The notes under the pieces were generated by a model. The model did not search any database. It was not told the DNA's origin and saw nothing but the letters and a program-made list of their open reading frames with translations. DNA of 64,000 bases from Eledone cirrhosa (Eukaryota), in NCBI GenBank assembly GCA_964016885.1, contig OZ024741.1, forward strand, positions 66,774,001 to 66,838,000. The letters are read 5' to 3'. The translations under genes and the position numbers were made by a program. Of this stretch, positions 1-13,416 are shown piece by piece (positions within the stretch are counted from its first letter, which is position 1; each line of letters opens with the position of its first letter).

Positions 1-3000
1 AACATACAACCACCAACACAAACAACAAAAATATTACAAACAAAACCCCCACCTCCTGAAAACAAAATACCTACAACAAAACGAAAGCATACACAAGAAC
101 TACAGACAAAAACAAACACAACACAAGAAAATTACACTTACACTTACATAAACACTGAAAACAAAACACTAATGGAGACCATCACGAACGACCCTTCGGT
201 GAAAACCGAAGGGAAAACTTTCGCCCACTCTATTAAAAATAGCAAAAAAGTAAACCTAAAACTGATTAGGGTCCCTATGCAAACTTATAGGTCCCTAAAA
301 GAAACATTTGAGAAGGATGTGGGGAATTCCTGCGTGAAACCACTCAACCGCGTCCTTCTCAAATGTCTCTCCACCCTAGACCCCCCCATCCCACCAAACC
401 CCACCCCGCCAAACATCTGCGTCCCCACCCCGCCGGAAACCACCACCCATCCAGACAACCCCTCCAACACCCCCATGGAAATCGTGCGGCCTGGTCCCCA
501 GGAGGCGAAGGGTGAGTGATCTCTTTTCCTCTTTTAACTTTTCAGCACCAACATGGCCAATATAAGAGTTGGATGTGTGAACGTACGCGGCCTGGGGATG
601 CCCTGGAAACAGGGCAAACTCTTAAACGACCTCAGGTCGCACAGTATGGATGTGGTAGCCATTTGCGAGTCCAGGATCCACGGCGAGCGACAGGTGGCCC
701 CCATCTTCGGTGACTTTGAGATATACGCATCTCTCTGTCAACCGGGGGGGTGGGGGCGGAGTTGCCGTTTTGCTGCGGAAACACCTGGGCCTCGTAACAC
801 AGACGGTACATCTGGACCCGGAGGGTCGACTGGTGGTCCTAGACGTTAACGTTAGTGAAGGTGGAGCCTTCAGGCTGGTGGCCGCATATGCCCCATCCGG
901 GACACCGCGGCCATACTTCTTCAAACGTCTAGAGACTTTTCTGGGAACGTCCCGCTCCTTGCTTTTAGTGGGGGACTGGAATGGAATCCTAGATGCACGT
1001 TGGGACTATGTGGGAGCATGTCCCGATAAAGGGGGGTGTAACAGCCTCAAACAGTTAATCGACCGATTTGACCTGGCCGATAGATATCGACTAGATTTTC
1101 CGACTGCGCCACTGTGGACGTGGAGTAATCGTAGCGGAACATCTAGATCGTACCTAGATAGGGTTCTAGTTAGAAATAAGGATAGGGACATGTTAAGCTG
1201 TCCACAAATGTTCATGGTTGCCTATTCAGATCACAAACTAGTGACCTGCATGGCCAACCTTGATAGAACCCATAGACAAGGACCCGGCTACTGGAAGCTG
1301 AACTTGTCGTTACCGACAAGCAAAGCCTACAGTAGACGGATTAGCACTTTAGTTAAACAGCACTTGACAGGGGCCATTGTCAACAACAGATGGTGGTACT
1401 CTCTCAAGAGGCAGTTAGACTCGATAGTTTTTAGTAAAGAATTAGCGTTAGATAGAAATAGAACCGAGAAGGAACTGGTAGATAAAGTAGAAGAGGCAAT
1501 TAGAAGTGGCAACGTAGCCAGCGTGTTAGCAACGAGAACGGCCTTGGACCGCAAAGCACGAAGGCTGCGTTGTCAGAAGCAAAATACGTGCTCTGGGAAA
1601 CGAGGGAGCCAAAGCTGTTAGCTGGGCCCGAGTGACGGAAGCAAAAAGTGGCAACAAGTCCACGATTCGGTCTTTGAAGGACCAAAACGGACGCGTGATA
1701 CGTGAGCCGAAGCAGATGTGTGCGGCTTTTCAGCGGCACTTTGATCAGCTGTTCGGGGGCGGCGGCGCGCCGGGAGAGGCTATGGATTTCGGTCCATACC
1801 TCAACGGCCTACCGCGACTCTCGGACAGCGAGGCAAAGTTCTGCGAAAAGCCGATTTCAGCCACTGAGATAGGGGACGCGCTGAGCCAATGCGGCAAACG
1901 CAAATCTCCAGGTCTCGACGGTCTACCCTACGAATTTTACGTAGCAATGCCGGACTTATTCTCCGGTCTCCTGGAAGCGGTCTACTGCAACTGGCAACAG
2001 AACGGGAGAATTCCCAGTTCTGTAACCAGGGGCGTGGTCACACTAATCAGGAAGGACGAGAATAAGGGGGATGACATAGGCAACTTCCGGCCCATAACTC
2101 TGCTAAACACAGAGTTACAGATTTTGGCCAAGGTGTTGGCAAAGAGGCTGGCGATTGTCGTCGAGAACCTGGTGGGAGAAGCGCAGACATGCGCATTCCC
2201 GACCAGGTCCATACACGACAACCTCCACCTCATGCGATACATCATAGAGAGGGTTGGGTGTAAACCCGGCTTCGGTGGGGCCCTGATCAACTTGGATCAG
2301 TCTAAGGCTTTCGATAGGGTTGACCATCGTTACCTGGATGCGGTGCTCGAGGCGGCAGGCTTCGGACCCGTGTTCAGGGGCTGGATTGCTGCAATGCACA
2401 ACAGCAACATCTGCTCAAGGGTCAAGGTGAACGGCTACCTCTCGGAGCCGTTCCATATTACGCGATCCTATCGACAGGGATGCCCTCTCTCCTCCCTTCT
2501 GTACGTACTGACTCTCGAGCCACTACTGCGGAAGCTGGAGCTATTGCAGGGCATCCCTCTGGAACCGGGACTGCGCAAAGCGGCGTCGGCCTACGCCGAC
2601 GCCGTGACAGTAATGGTGTCGAGCGCCTTGCAAATCGAGGAAGTCGGCACCTTACTGAAGGAATACGAAAGTCTCACAGGAGCGAAGCTGAACCGGGACA
2701 AGTCCATCGGTTTGCAACTCGGATCGTGGATCGTGGAGAGGCAAACCGATGCCTTCCGATGGCGTCGTCGGACGCTGGACGGAAGGACCGGTAAAGCTGC
2801 TCGGGGTCTGGTTTGGTCCGGACCTCCAGGTGGAGAAGAACTGGAACGAAGTGACGGCCAAGGTGTTTGCACTCACCCAGAAGTGGGCCGAGTGCAAACT
2901 ATCCTTGAAAGGTCGAGCGGAGGTGGCGAACACTTTTATAGCGTCCGCCATCTACTACCGCTTGACCGTCGTGCCTTGTCCAGCCAAAACGCTCGCCAAA

Positions 3001-4216
3001 ATGGAGCGCGCGCTCTTCCGATTCCTTTGGAAGAGGCGGGCTCCTTTGGTGAGAAGATCCATCTGCTGCCAACACCCTTCTAACGGAGGGCTGGGGATGC
3101 CGTGGTTGACGATGCGCAAACACGCGCTCAGGCTGCGGCATCTCTACGTATTCCTCAGAGGACAACCGGTGTGGGTCCCATTCGTGAGGCGAGCCTTCCC
3201 ACGACTCGTCTCGCTGACCGAGCTGCAGTCCTGGGTCAAGCAAAGACCGAAGAAAATGGGCGACTGGCACATCGAATGTGCTCAGGCGCTCACAGCCCTC
3301 TGGCAGGCGAACCCGGCGATCAGTGGAGATTCCACTTCGTCATTCTATAGAGGGTTGGTCCGCAGCAAGTGCGACGACGCGCTTGGTGAAACTCTAGGCG
3401 TAGAGGAAGATGAACTGGCCAGTCTGTTCGGTAGGACCTTCCGCCCGGGACCGATGGACAACTTCCAAAAGTCCCTGGCCTGGCAGTGCTACCGAGGAGC
3501 TCTACCAGTTCGAGACAAGCTCTACAGACATGGGCGCCCGGGCAGGGACCCTGCAAAAAAGATCTGTCCGAGGTGCGTGCGAGATGAAGAAACCGTCGCG
3601 CACGCATTCATACACTGCCCGGGCGTTACTGATCTGTGGGGATATGTAGAACGACTATTGTCGCGGGTGGGACCAATCCAGTTGACCACCGAGTCCATTG
3701 TCATGATCAAACCGCCACCCTCCTTCAAAAACGAAGGAGAGGCGGTTTTCCTTTGTGTGATAGCTATGGCGAAAGAGGTTGTATGGTGGACAAGGTTGAA
3801 AGGGCTGAGGTCAGACACCTTTCTCTCCGGCCAACAACTGATTCTTTTTTTCAAATACCACTTTGGAAGAAGAATCAGGATGGAGAGAGAGGTGCTGTAC
3901 CCCAGCAAGTTTTATGAAAGGTGGGTGAAAGTGGCGAGAATGGCCCGAGTGAATGGGCCTTCTCTCTATATCAGCCTGTAGATTGAGGAAAAGGAGGAGG
4001 AGAGGAAAGGAGTACAAGCTCTTCGTACTCCTGGAGATGAGGGTTGCACATTTTTTCGGGGGTATGTGTTACCCATATAAACTGTCTCCCTCTATTGGGG
4101 AAAATCGACTAACTTTTAAATTCCATCTGTGATAACATTTTACACGTTTTTATTGTATGTAAACTTCCCCCTTTGTATTTGTCCCCTTCTTTTGTGCCCC
4201 TGTGGCCAATAAAGAA

Positions 4217-4219
<3 letters not shown>
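1..4219 (+). mobile_element. Tx1-like (L1 clade) non-LTR retrotransposon, copy 1; runs off the left edge, ORF2 disrupted
   Basis: 3' end of ORF1 (172-519, similar to the copy-2 ORF1 C-terminus). ORF2 has APE endonuclease motifs (NVRGL, GDWN, SYLDRV, YSDH, GPGYWKLN), RT motifs (KSPGLDG, FRPITLLN, DQSKAFDRV, RQGCPLS) and a C-terminal CxxC..H..C zinc motif. The 3' UTR ends aataaagaaat followed by (CTAT)n. Confidence 0.92.
553..3981 (+). pseudogene. Tx1-like ORF2 (APE endonuclease + reverse transcriptase), frameshifted; catalytic YADD mutated to YADA
   Basis: Split over ORFs 553-849, 710-1621, 1632-3083 and 2749-3981; collinear with copy-2 ORF2. Confidence 0.9.

Positions 4220-4280
<61 letters not shown>
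4219..4280. repeat. (TCTA)n microsatellite between the two Tx1 copies
   Basis: About 15 perfect TCTA units. Confidence 0.97.
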
Positions 4281-4284
<4 letters not shown>

Positions 4285-4815
4285 GTCTGACGTGTGGAAC
4301 ATCGCCGGTAAGTTTTTTGTTAAAACCGATCTAATTCTTTGAAAAAATACAACACTTTGTAGATTAACCCCCAAGCTGAATTGTCAGCTGGGTGGTAATC
4401 CCATTTTTCGCCCCTGTAGGGGCGAACATTTTATTTAAAAGAATTTGTTTTAAAATATCAGATTTTACAAAGTAAAAAACTTGAGCAACACTAGAACGCT
4501 GGAGAACGTTAATAGAGAAAAGAGGGAGAAAGAGGCAGATATTAACGTTATATCTGCTTCTGCTGCTATGGACGTTGCCATAGATACAACTGTCACAAAA
4601 GAAAAAAAATATATATATCAACATTTGAAAATTTTACAATTTCTACCGCCGAAGCGGAGAAAAATGACAATAACACACAGGAAAACACAGCAAAAAAACC
4701 CAATGACATACATACACATGAAAAAGACATCAACAACTCTACAGATACATCTACACATAAAATTTCCAACAACGATAACATCATCATCAACAACAACATC
4801 ACACAAAAAAAGAAA

Positions 4816-6345
4816 ATGTCTTTCGCTGACACAGTGAACAAGAAACAAGATTTTATAAATCTTGATATCTCCAACGCAAGAGATATGCTCCAGCAAGGGA
4901 GAAAATTTGTAACTTTCGAAGAAAGAGGTGGGTTTAGAATTAACTCACCCCTTGAAATAAAGGAAGACACAAACCGCCGATCAGTCACTTTTAGGACTGT
5001 GTCAAATTCGTCAAGAAAACCGACATTTGTTAGATATAGAAGATTCTTTCAAGGAGATTCTAGGAAATGTCGATTTTCTCCAGCGAGGAAAACAGTACGG
5101 AAGTGTTTCCGTACTGTTTAAAAGCCAGGCACTTGCCCCAAAAAACTCTGTGACACCAATAGTGTCAAAAGCATACACCTTTTTCCCTACATACATGGGG
5201 AAAAGGACACAAAAAATAAAAATAAAAAACATACCTCCAAGCATTAACATCTGGTGGATCTTGCCTGGCTTCGTAGAGCCAGAAACAGACATAATACTTT
5301 CGATACGAAAATCCATTCGACAAAGGTGGGCGGGCACCGATTTGGAGATTCTGTTGCAAATGAAACCGGAGAGAATCTCCAAAATAACCGAAAGAGTCGT
5401 TATTGATAATAACAACAAAATAAACATTTCGGTAGAAGGACGAACATTTCACTGCTTTCGCTGTGGTAGCACATCTCACCTAAAAGCCTCTTGTCCACAA
5501 AAGCCTCTTGTCCACAAACACACAACAACAACATTATAAAAAAAATGCTATTACCAACACCAACACCAAAACAACCACCACCACCACCACAAGTACAACG
5601 ACAGACGAAACGAGCAACCACACCAAAACAAACAGACACTCAACCAACAACAACAGAAAAAACAGATACAACACCCCTGAAGAACACATCCCCACTCCAT
5701 CCCACTCCATCAAACACTACCACAAACACACATACCGAAACACCACCACCACCACACAACATACCCTTACCCCACACACCTGACGATGATTATTCATCAA
5801 CGGATGAAGCTGCTTCTTCTTTAAGTGAAGAAGAGGGAGAACCGCGGAAATCCAAAAAACAAAAAAAGAGACACCACAAAACCCCCAAAACTCCAATCAC
5901 CAACACCAACACCAACACACAACCACAGACACAAACAACAACACAAACAACACCACAGTCAAACATCCCCCTATCAGCAAAACCAGCACCAACACCACCC
6001 CAAACACAAGCACCCACCATAAAAAGAAAACTCCCAGATGAACAACAAACTAAAACAATACAACAAAAACACAAACAACAATACGCATACATCAACACAA
6101 ACAACAAGAGTTTGATGGAGGTCATCTCCCAAAACCCCAAGGTGGAGACGGAGGGCAAAACTTTCGTCAAGGCAGAATCGTCTCCACACCTTAAACTTAT
6201 AAGGGTTTCTGTGGAAACCTATAAAGACCTGAAAATTAAATTTTCACAGGACGTGGGCAACCCCTGCCACACCCATCAACCGCGTCCTGTTGAAAGGTTT
6301 CCCCACCCCACCCAACACCCCATCCAGCACCCAAATGGAGATTGA
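4816..6345 (+). pseudogene. Tx1-like ORF1 (gag-like, CCHC zinc knuckle, Pro/Thr-rich linker), frameshifted
   Basis: ORF pieces 4816-5121, 5027-5539 (CFRCGSTSHLKASC) and 5491-6345. A 17-bp tandem duplication (5482-5515) causes one frameshift. The C-terminus (VETEGKTF..LKLIRV..TYK.LK..F..DVGN) matches copy 1. Confidence 0.75.
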
Positions 6346-6417
6346 ACAACCCGATCTCCAGGAAACGAAAAGGTAAGTGCACCTTTCGTCCTTTTTCTCC
6401 AACTTTTCTTCACCAAC

Positions 6418-9400
6418 ATGGCTGGTTTACGAGTTGGAACCGTGAATGTGCGTGGCCTAGGGATGCCCTGGAAACAGGGCCAACTTTTAAACGACCTTAG
6501 GTCACACAGTATGGATGTGATAGCCATCACCGAGTCCAGGATCCACAACAGGCAGCAACTAACCCCCATCTTCGATGACTTTGAGATCTACGCATCTCTC
6601 TGTCAGCCAGGAGGTGGAGGTGGAGTGGCTGTTATGTTTTGGAAGAACCTGGACGTCGGAGTACAGCAAGTACACTTGGACCCGGAGGGTAAACTGGTAG
6701 TCCTAGACGTGAACAGTATCGGAGGTGGAGCCTTCAGACTGGTGGTCGTTTATGCCCCGACCGGGCAATCGCAATCACGGCCAGACTTCTTTAAGCGTCT
6801 AGTGTCTTTCGTGGGAACGTCTCGCTCCTTACTTTTAGTGGGGGACTGGAATGGTATCCTAGATGCACGATGGGACTATATGGGAGCATGTCCCAGTAGA
6901 GCGGGGTGCAACAGCCTCAAAACTTTAATCGGCCAATTCCAGCTGGCCGATAGGTATCGACTGTATTTCCCGACTGCACCACAGTGGACGTGGGTAAACC
7001 GCAGTGGGACATCTAGATCGTATTTAGATAGGTTCTTCATTAGAGAAAGGGACAAGGAGATGTTAAGCTGTCCACGAATGCACATGGCCGCCTATTCAGA
7101 TCACAAGTTAGTCGTCTGCTTAGTCAACCGTGAAAGAATACATAGACAGGGTCCCGGATACTGGAAGCTGAACGTGCCGTTGCCGGCACGTAAAGCTTAC
7201 AGTGAACGGATAAGTAGGCTAGTCAAGCAACAGTTAACGGGAGCCATCGTCAACAATAGATGGTGGTACTCTCTCAAGAAAGCAATTAGAATAGAATCGA
7301 TAGGGTATAGCAGAGAGTTAGCCTTAGAGAAAAACAAAATAGAAAGAGAACTAGTAGCCAAGATAGAGGAGGCACTTAGAAGTGGAAACGCGGCTAGAGT
7401 GTTAGCGTCGAGAACGGCACTGGACCAGTTCTTCGATGCGAAACGCGCAGGCTGCGTAGTTAGAAGCAAAACACACGCTCTAGGAAACGAAGGAGCGAAA
7501 GCTGTCAGCTCGGCCCGAGTGGCGGAGGCAAAAAGTGGCAACAAGTCCACGATTCGGTCTTTGAAAGACCAAAACGGACGCGTGCTACTTGACCCCAAGC
7601 AAATGTGCGCGGCCTTTCAGCGGCACTTTGCGCGACTGTTTGAGCCGAACGACGGTGAGCCGAACGGGACAATGGACTTTAGTTCATACCTCGACGGCCT
7701 GCCGCGTCTCTCGAACACGGACGCCGAGTTCTGCGAAAGACCGATCACGGACACTGAGATACGGGACGCTCTGGGCAGCTGCGGGAAACGCAAGTCACCC
7801 GGTCTAGATGGTCTACCCTACGAATTTTACATAGGCATGCCGGACTTGTTCTCTGGCGTCCTCGAAGCCGTCTACTGCAATTGGCAGCAGAACGGGAGAA
7901 TTCCCAGTTCTGCAGGCAAGGGCGTAGTAACGCTGATCAGGAAAGACGAGAACAAGAGGGACGAAATTAACAACTTCAGGCCCATAACTCTGCTCAACAC
8001 AGAGTTAAAGATTTTGGCCAAGGTGCTAGCGACGAGGTTGGCGCTTGTCGTCGAGAACCTGGTAGGGAAAGCGCAAACGTGTGCAATCCCGACCAGGTCC
8101 ATACACGACAACCTCCACCCCATGCGATACATCATAGGGAGGGTGGGTAGTAAACCCGGCTTCGGTGGGGATCTGATCAACTTGGATCAGTCTAAGGCAT
8201 TCGATAGGGTCGACCATCGATACTTGGAAGCGGTTCTCAAGGCGGCCGGTTTCGGTCTCGTGTTCAGAGGATGAATCGAGGCGATGCACACCAGCATCTG
8301 CTCGAGGGTCAAGGTGAACGGCTACCTATCGGAGCCGTTCGCAATCACGCGTTCCATTCGACAGGGATGCACTCTCTCCTCCATTCTGTATGTATTGACT
8401 CTAGAGCCACTACTGCGGAAATTGTAGCTGTTGCAGGTCATCCACCTAGAACCGGGACTACGCAAAGCGGCGTCGGCTTATGTCGACGACGTAACGGTAA
8501 TGGTGTCGAGCACCTCGGAAATCGGGGTGATCGACAACTTACTGAAAGAATACGAAACGCTGACGGGAGCAAAACTAAACCCAGACAAGTCTGTCGGTTT
8601 GCAACTCGGTACGTGGAGAGGCAAACCGATGACATCCGACAGCGTCGTTGGACGCTGGACGGACGGACCGGTGAAATTGCTCGGGGTCTGGTTCGGTCCA
8701 GACCTCCAGGTGGAGAAAAACTGGAACGAGGTCACGGCCAAGGTGTTTGCACTCACTCAGAAGTGGGCAGAGTGCAAACTGTCCTTGAAAGGTCGAGCGG
8801 AGGTGGCGAACACTTTCATAGCGTCCGTCATCTACTACCGCTTGACTGTCGTGCATTGTCCCCGTGAACACCTCGCCAAGATGGAACGCATGCTCTTCCA
8901 GTTTCTGTGGAAGAAGCAGGCTCCGCTGGTGAGGAGATCCGTCTGCTGTCAGCACCCTTCCAACGGAGGGCTGGGAATGCCGTGGCTGATGATGCGCAAA
9001 CATGCGCTGAGGCTGCGGAATCTCCAGGTATTCCTCACCGACCCCCAACCGGTGTGGGCACCGTTTGTGAGACAGGCTTTCCCACAGCTCGTCTCGCTAA
9101 CGGAGCTGCAGTCCTGGGTGAAGAAAAGACCGAAAACGATGGGCGCCTGGCACATTGAATGCGCTCAGGCGCTCACAGTCCTCTGTCAAGCGGGCGCAGC
9201 AATCAGTGGAGACTCCACTTCGACATTCTATAGAGGGAATGCACGTTACAAGGGTGACGACGTGCTCGGAGAAACTCTGGGCGTCGAAGACGATGAGCTT
9301 ACCAGTCTGTTTGGTAGGACTTTCCGCCCGGGACCTATGGACAACTTCCAGAGGTCCCTGGCCTGGCAGTGCTACCGAGGAGCTCTACCGGTTCGTGACA

Positions 9401-9864
9401 AGATCTACAGGCACGGACGCCCTGGCAGGGATCCTTCCAAGAGGACGTGTCCAAGATGTGCGCAGGACATTGAAACAGTTCTGCACGCAATTGTACACTT
9501 CCCGGGCGTAAGCGACCTGTGGAACTATGCAGAACAACTGCTGTCGCGTATGGGACAAATCCAGTTGACTGCCGAGTCCATAGTAAGGATCAAACCGCCA
9601 GACTCTTTCAAAAACGAAAGAGAGGCGGTTTTCCTCTGTACGGTGGCTATGGTGAAAGAAGTTATATGGTGGACGAGGTTGAGAGGACTGAGGACAGATG
9701 CCTTTCTCTCCGGACAACAATTGATTCCCTTCTTTAAGTATCACTTTAGAAGGAGAATCAGGGTGGAGAGAGAGGCACTGCACCCCAGTAAATTTACTGA
9801 AAGGTGGGTGAATGAAGCGAAAATGGCCCGAGTGATTGGGCCTTCTCTGTTTATAAGCCTGTAG
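6418..9864 (+). pseudogene. Tx1-like ORF2 (APE + RT), in frame but with premature stops at ~8272 and ~8425
   Basis: ORFs 6418-8274 and 8431-9864 are in the same frame; RT motif YVDD; strongly similar to copy-1 ORF2. Confidence 0.9.
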
Positions 9865-10251
9865 GTTGAGGAAGAGAGCAAAAGGAAGAAAGAAGCACTT
9901 GCACAACACGCTCCTGGAGTTGAGGGTTGTTCTATCGACGGGGTATTAAACAACCCATTTGTGGCGCCTCCCCCCTATTGGGGATTTCGATTGTTGAAAT
10001 TGTTTGTTTTTATATTTTTTACACGACTGTATGTAAAATCCCCGGCATGTCTTTGTATTGTCCCCTTTTCTTGTTGCGCCCTTGTGGCTAATAAAGAAAT
10101 CTATCTATCTACCAGTCTGTTTGTCTCTATATAAAATTTCCATAATGGCTTACTGAATACGCACGTGTATTTTCCCTTTTTCTCTCATTTTTCCCTATTC
10201 CTTCCTCTTCTCACCCTTTATCTTTCTATTTATCTTCTATTTCTAACTCTA

Positions 10252-10287
10252 TCTTCTGATGAGTGACTAGTGTCCGAAACGTTAAGA
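10252..10287 (+). ncRNA. Minimal type I hammerhead ribozyme motif (Penelope-type remnant)
   Basis: tctt-CTGATGA-g(t)gac tagt gtc c-GAAA-C-G-T-T-aaga: 4-bp stem I, stem II with one bulge, palindromic ACGT helix III. Confidence 0.55.
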
Positions 10288-10479
10288 CGTTTTCCTTCTA
10301 TTTCAAGCGTTAAACTAATATAATTCTTCAATGTACTCCGTCATGAATATTAACAACAGCAACTACAGTTATGGAAATGACATTTCTGGGAAGTTGCGCA
10401 AACGTGGGTGATTGAACTGTTGAAAATAGCAAGATAATCTTTCTTAAACTCTGAATTTACTATTATTAAATTATAAGCA

Positions 10480-10690
10480 CGTAATGGATAATAAATATAG
10501 CCATACATCCACTAAGCCTAAAATAAAATACAATAAAAGAGGAGATTGTCACATCTGGAACGCCTATGATTACAGAAATTATCGATCAATACGCAATGGA
10601 TAATATAAACATACGTACATCCATTACGCCTAAAAAAATAAAAGAGGAGATTGTCGCATGTGGAATGCCTTTGAATACAGAAACGATTTA
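10480..10690. repeat. Two diverged ~110-bp tandem copies
   Basis: aatggataat...catcca..gcctaaaa...ataaaagaggagattgtc.cat.tggaa.gcct.tga.tacagaaa occurs twice. Confidence 0.7.
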
Positions 10691-11116
10691 TCAGAGTTAA
10701 ACTGGGACTAGGCAAAAGTAATCACAAAGCTATAGTCAACACAACCCTATAATAATTTAGAAGGAACACTTGCCCAAAATCTCAAAGGTAGAAACGAACT
10801 CAAAAGCACAGGTTTGCAAATATAACGTCTTAACCACACCAACATGTCTTGTGATCACAATTGATTAGTTTTGGAAATTCTATATTTATGAGATTTTATT
10901 TAACGTTCTTCTATCTAAGAAGTCTCTAAGTGCATGGAAACATTCACGTGATACATGAAGATATTCTTGTTAACTCGTGTCAGACAGTGGAAAACTATTT
11001 TGGATCACTCTCTGAGTACCTAAATATTATAGAAAAAGTATTATTAAATCTTGACATTACCTGCATTAACGGAAGGTATGATTGGATCGCGTGCCTATAT
11101 GTGGCTCTCGTCTGAA

Positions 11117-11200
<84 letters not shown>

Positions 11201-11202
11201 CG

Positions 11203-11239
<37 letters not shown>

Positions 11240-11241
11240 TT

Positions 11242-11480
11242 ATAATTATTAGAAATGTAAGCTATCGCCGTATTTTGACTGAAGAAATTAAAGAAATTAT
11301 TTAGCCTGATAGTGGGGTTAAGAACCCTCGGAGAAATGGAAAAAGTTGAGTATTGACGTACATACGTCAATACTCACTTTTTCCATTTCTCCGAGGGTTC
11401 TTAACCCCACTATCAGGCTAAATAATTTCTTTAATTTCTTCAGTCAAAATACGGCGATAGCTTACATTTCTAATAATTAT
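11242..11480. repeat. Near-perfect 240-bp palindrome (fold-back insertion) next to (TA)n/(CA)n
   Basis: 11242-11360 is the reverse complement of 11363-11480, with a 2-nt loop. Confidence 0.9.
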
Positions 11481-11489
11481 ATGTATGTA

Positions 11490-11942
11490 TGTTCTTCTGG
11501 TTTTATAATTTCACAAAGTTTTACCAATAGAGAGAGAGTCGGTTTCTAACATAGACACAAGACTCTGTCATTGGAATTTACACAACATCAACTAGGTAGA
11601 TATATATGTATGCATGCATGTGTAGATATGGATGTTATTGTATGTGTGGATCTGGATGTTTTGAGTTGTATGTGTGCATGTGTATATGCTTTGTATCTGT
11701 ACATGTGTATATGCAGTTATTAGATGCAAAATTTTTGGAATGTTTTACATATTTTTACTGTTCCATTAATGGATTGTACTTGTAGTTTCCTAGCTAGTTG
11801 TGTTCTTTCTGTTCCTGTGAAGCCTAGCTTCTCAAGATTTGTATTGAGGCAGTTACTAACATACCCCAGTGCCACAATAATCACAGGCATAAATCTGAAG
11901 GTGTAATCAGGGTGGAGTATCTGCAGATTTCTCATCAGTTCT
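11490..11942 (-). mobile_element. 3' fragment of an RLE-type (restriction-like endonuclease) non-LTR retrotransposon
   Basis: Minus-strand ELMRNLQILHPDYTFRFMPVIIVALGYV...GTVKICKTF resembles the C-terminal P.(I/V)(I/V)GALG region of RLE ORFs. Confidence 0.55.
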
Positions 11943-11973
11943 ATGTATGTATATATGTATGTATGTATGTATG

Positions 11974-12577
11974 TCAGGTCACCAGTTGGTGCTACTGGTA
12001 ACATGTATACCAGTACAACCTGTCTCATGGTCGGGTCGTTGGCGACTAAACTAGCAACTCCACCAAGGTTTCTTGGTGAGGAGGGTGACTTTGGACATCC
12101 TGCAGGACTAAAAACAAAACCTGTCAAAGGGCAAAGGAGCTCTTAAGAGTCAATGGCCATCCAAAATCACCGGGAGAGATGACCCCTTAGCCTTTGTCAA
12201 GGCAGAATTCTAGGAGAAGGAAAACTCTGATATAACACCTGCAACTCTGATGGTATCCAATGATGTTTACTTGTTCTTCTTTTTGGTAAATATCATCTTG
12301 GTTAAGAGATGGGGACTGGCTTTGTGCAGTGCCTTTGCTCACTATAAAAGCTTCACGCCACAGGCATTGCTTTATATCTGGAGATCTCTCTGCACTTGTC
12401 GTCACATGGTACCATGGGCCCAGCACTATGTGTCAATAATTGTCACAAGTGTAGGGTTTGTACCAGAGTTTTCAAGTCACTGGCTGGACTAAAATGTCAC
12501 TCGTTCAGCGCATCGGTAGGGGTTCTCCTACATGGATATAAAGTAGTGGCCGTACTCGAAAACGAGTTGGGAGCCAC
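11974..12577 (+). mobile_element. Bipartite non-autonomous RTE-derived retroelement (5' UTR fused to 3' end), copy A
   Basis: Has the RTE-type 5' motif ctaggagaaggaaaactctga. The 3' part encodes the C2H2-like CRVCTRVFKSLAGLKCH found at RTE C-termini. Flanked by (TATG)n on both sides; near-identical inverted copy at 63248-63838. Confidence 0.7.
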
Positions 12578-12627
12578 TATGTATGTATGTATGTATGTAT
12601 GTATGTATGTATGTATATAATAATAAT

Positions 12628-13004
12628 AATTGTTTCTACTTTAGGCACAAGGCCAGCAATTACCCAGTACTGGTACTTTATTTTATCGACCCCGGAAGGA
12701 TGAAAGGCAAAGTTAACCTCGGCGGTATTTGAACTCAGACTCTAAAGGGACGTAACTATGCTAGAAAGCATGGCGTCCGTCTCTCTACCGATACTGCCAA
12801 TTCCAAATAATAATAATAATAATTGTTTCTACTTTTGGCACAAGGCCAGCAAATACCCAGTGCATTACTGGTACTTTATTTTATCGACCCCGTAAGGATG
12901 AAAGTCAAAGTTAACCTCGGCGCGATTTGAACTCAGAATGGCAAGGGCCGTAACTCTATGCTAGAAAGCATGGCGTCCGACCCTCTATCGATACTACCAA
13001 TCCA
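12628..13004 (-). mobile_element. Two tandem tRNA-derived SINEs
   Basis: Minus strand shows an A box (TGGCAGTATCGG), a B box (GAGTTCAAAT.C) and the conserved body ttaactttgcctttcatcctt.cggggtcgataaaataaagtaccag. More than 10 copies in the window. Confidence 0.8.
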
Positions 13005-13203
13005 CTTATAAACAGGAAAGGTCAGTATTTTTTTTATTTTTTACCACCTTATTATCAGTATGAAAAATAGCTTAATGTAAATACATCCGATGCCTTACAG
13101 AGCAGGTATATAAAGTTCAAAACAATCAAAACTATGTTCAATACATTTTATTGTTGACAATCGTTTCAATAAAATGTATTGAACATAGATTTGATTGTTT
13201 GGA

Positions 13204-13296
<93 letters not shown>

Positions 13297-13352
13297 ATTA
13301 GTAAAATGACAAGACGCCGGACTGGTGAAATTCCTTCAAAGATTTATTATAC

Positions 13353-13416
13353 CAAACACTATGTACATTTTAGTGACCAAGTACCGTAAGATCCTGGTGA
13401 CATCATCAGGTGTTTA
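13353..13416 (-). ncRNA. Type I hammerhead ribozyme motif with G12->A mutation (probably dead)
   Basis: Minus strand: taaacac-CTGATGA-tgtcaccaggatcttacggtacttggtcact-AAAA-tgtacat-A-gtgtttg. 7-bp stem I, long stem II, palindromic ATGTACAT helix III. Confidence 0.6.

Larger units (their letters stand above)
4281..10110 (+). mobile_element. Tx1-like non-LTR retrotransposon, copy 2, apparently full length (~5.8 kb) but inactivated
   Basis: Starts directly after (TCTA)n. Contains a 5' UTR, ORF1 with a CCHC knuckle and ORF2 (APE+RT). The 3' end aataaagaaatctatctatct has the same form as in copy 1. Confidence 0.92.

Noticed and set aside
11116-11304. Numerous [16 protein letters not shown] ORFs throughout the window
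   Set aside because: Translations of (TA)n, (CA)n and (GA)n dinucleotide repeats.
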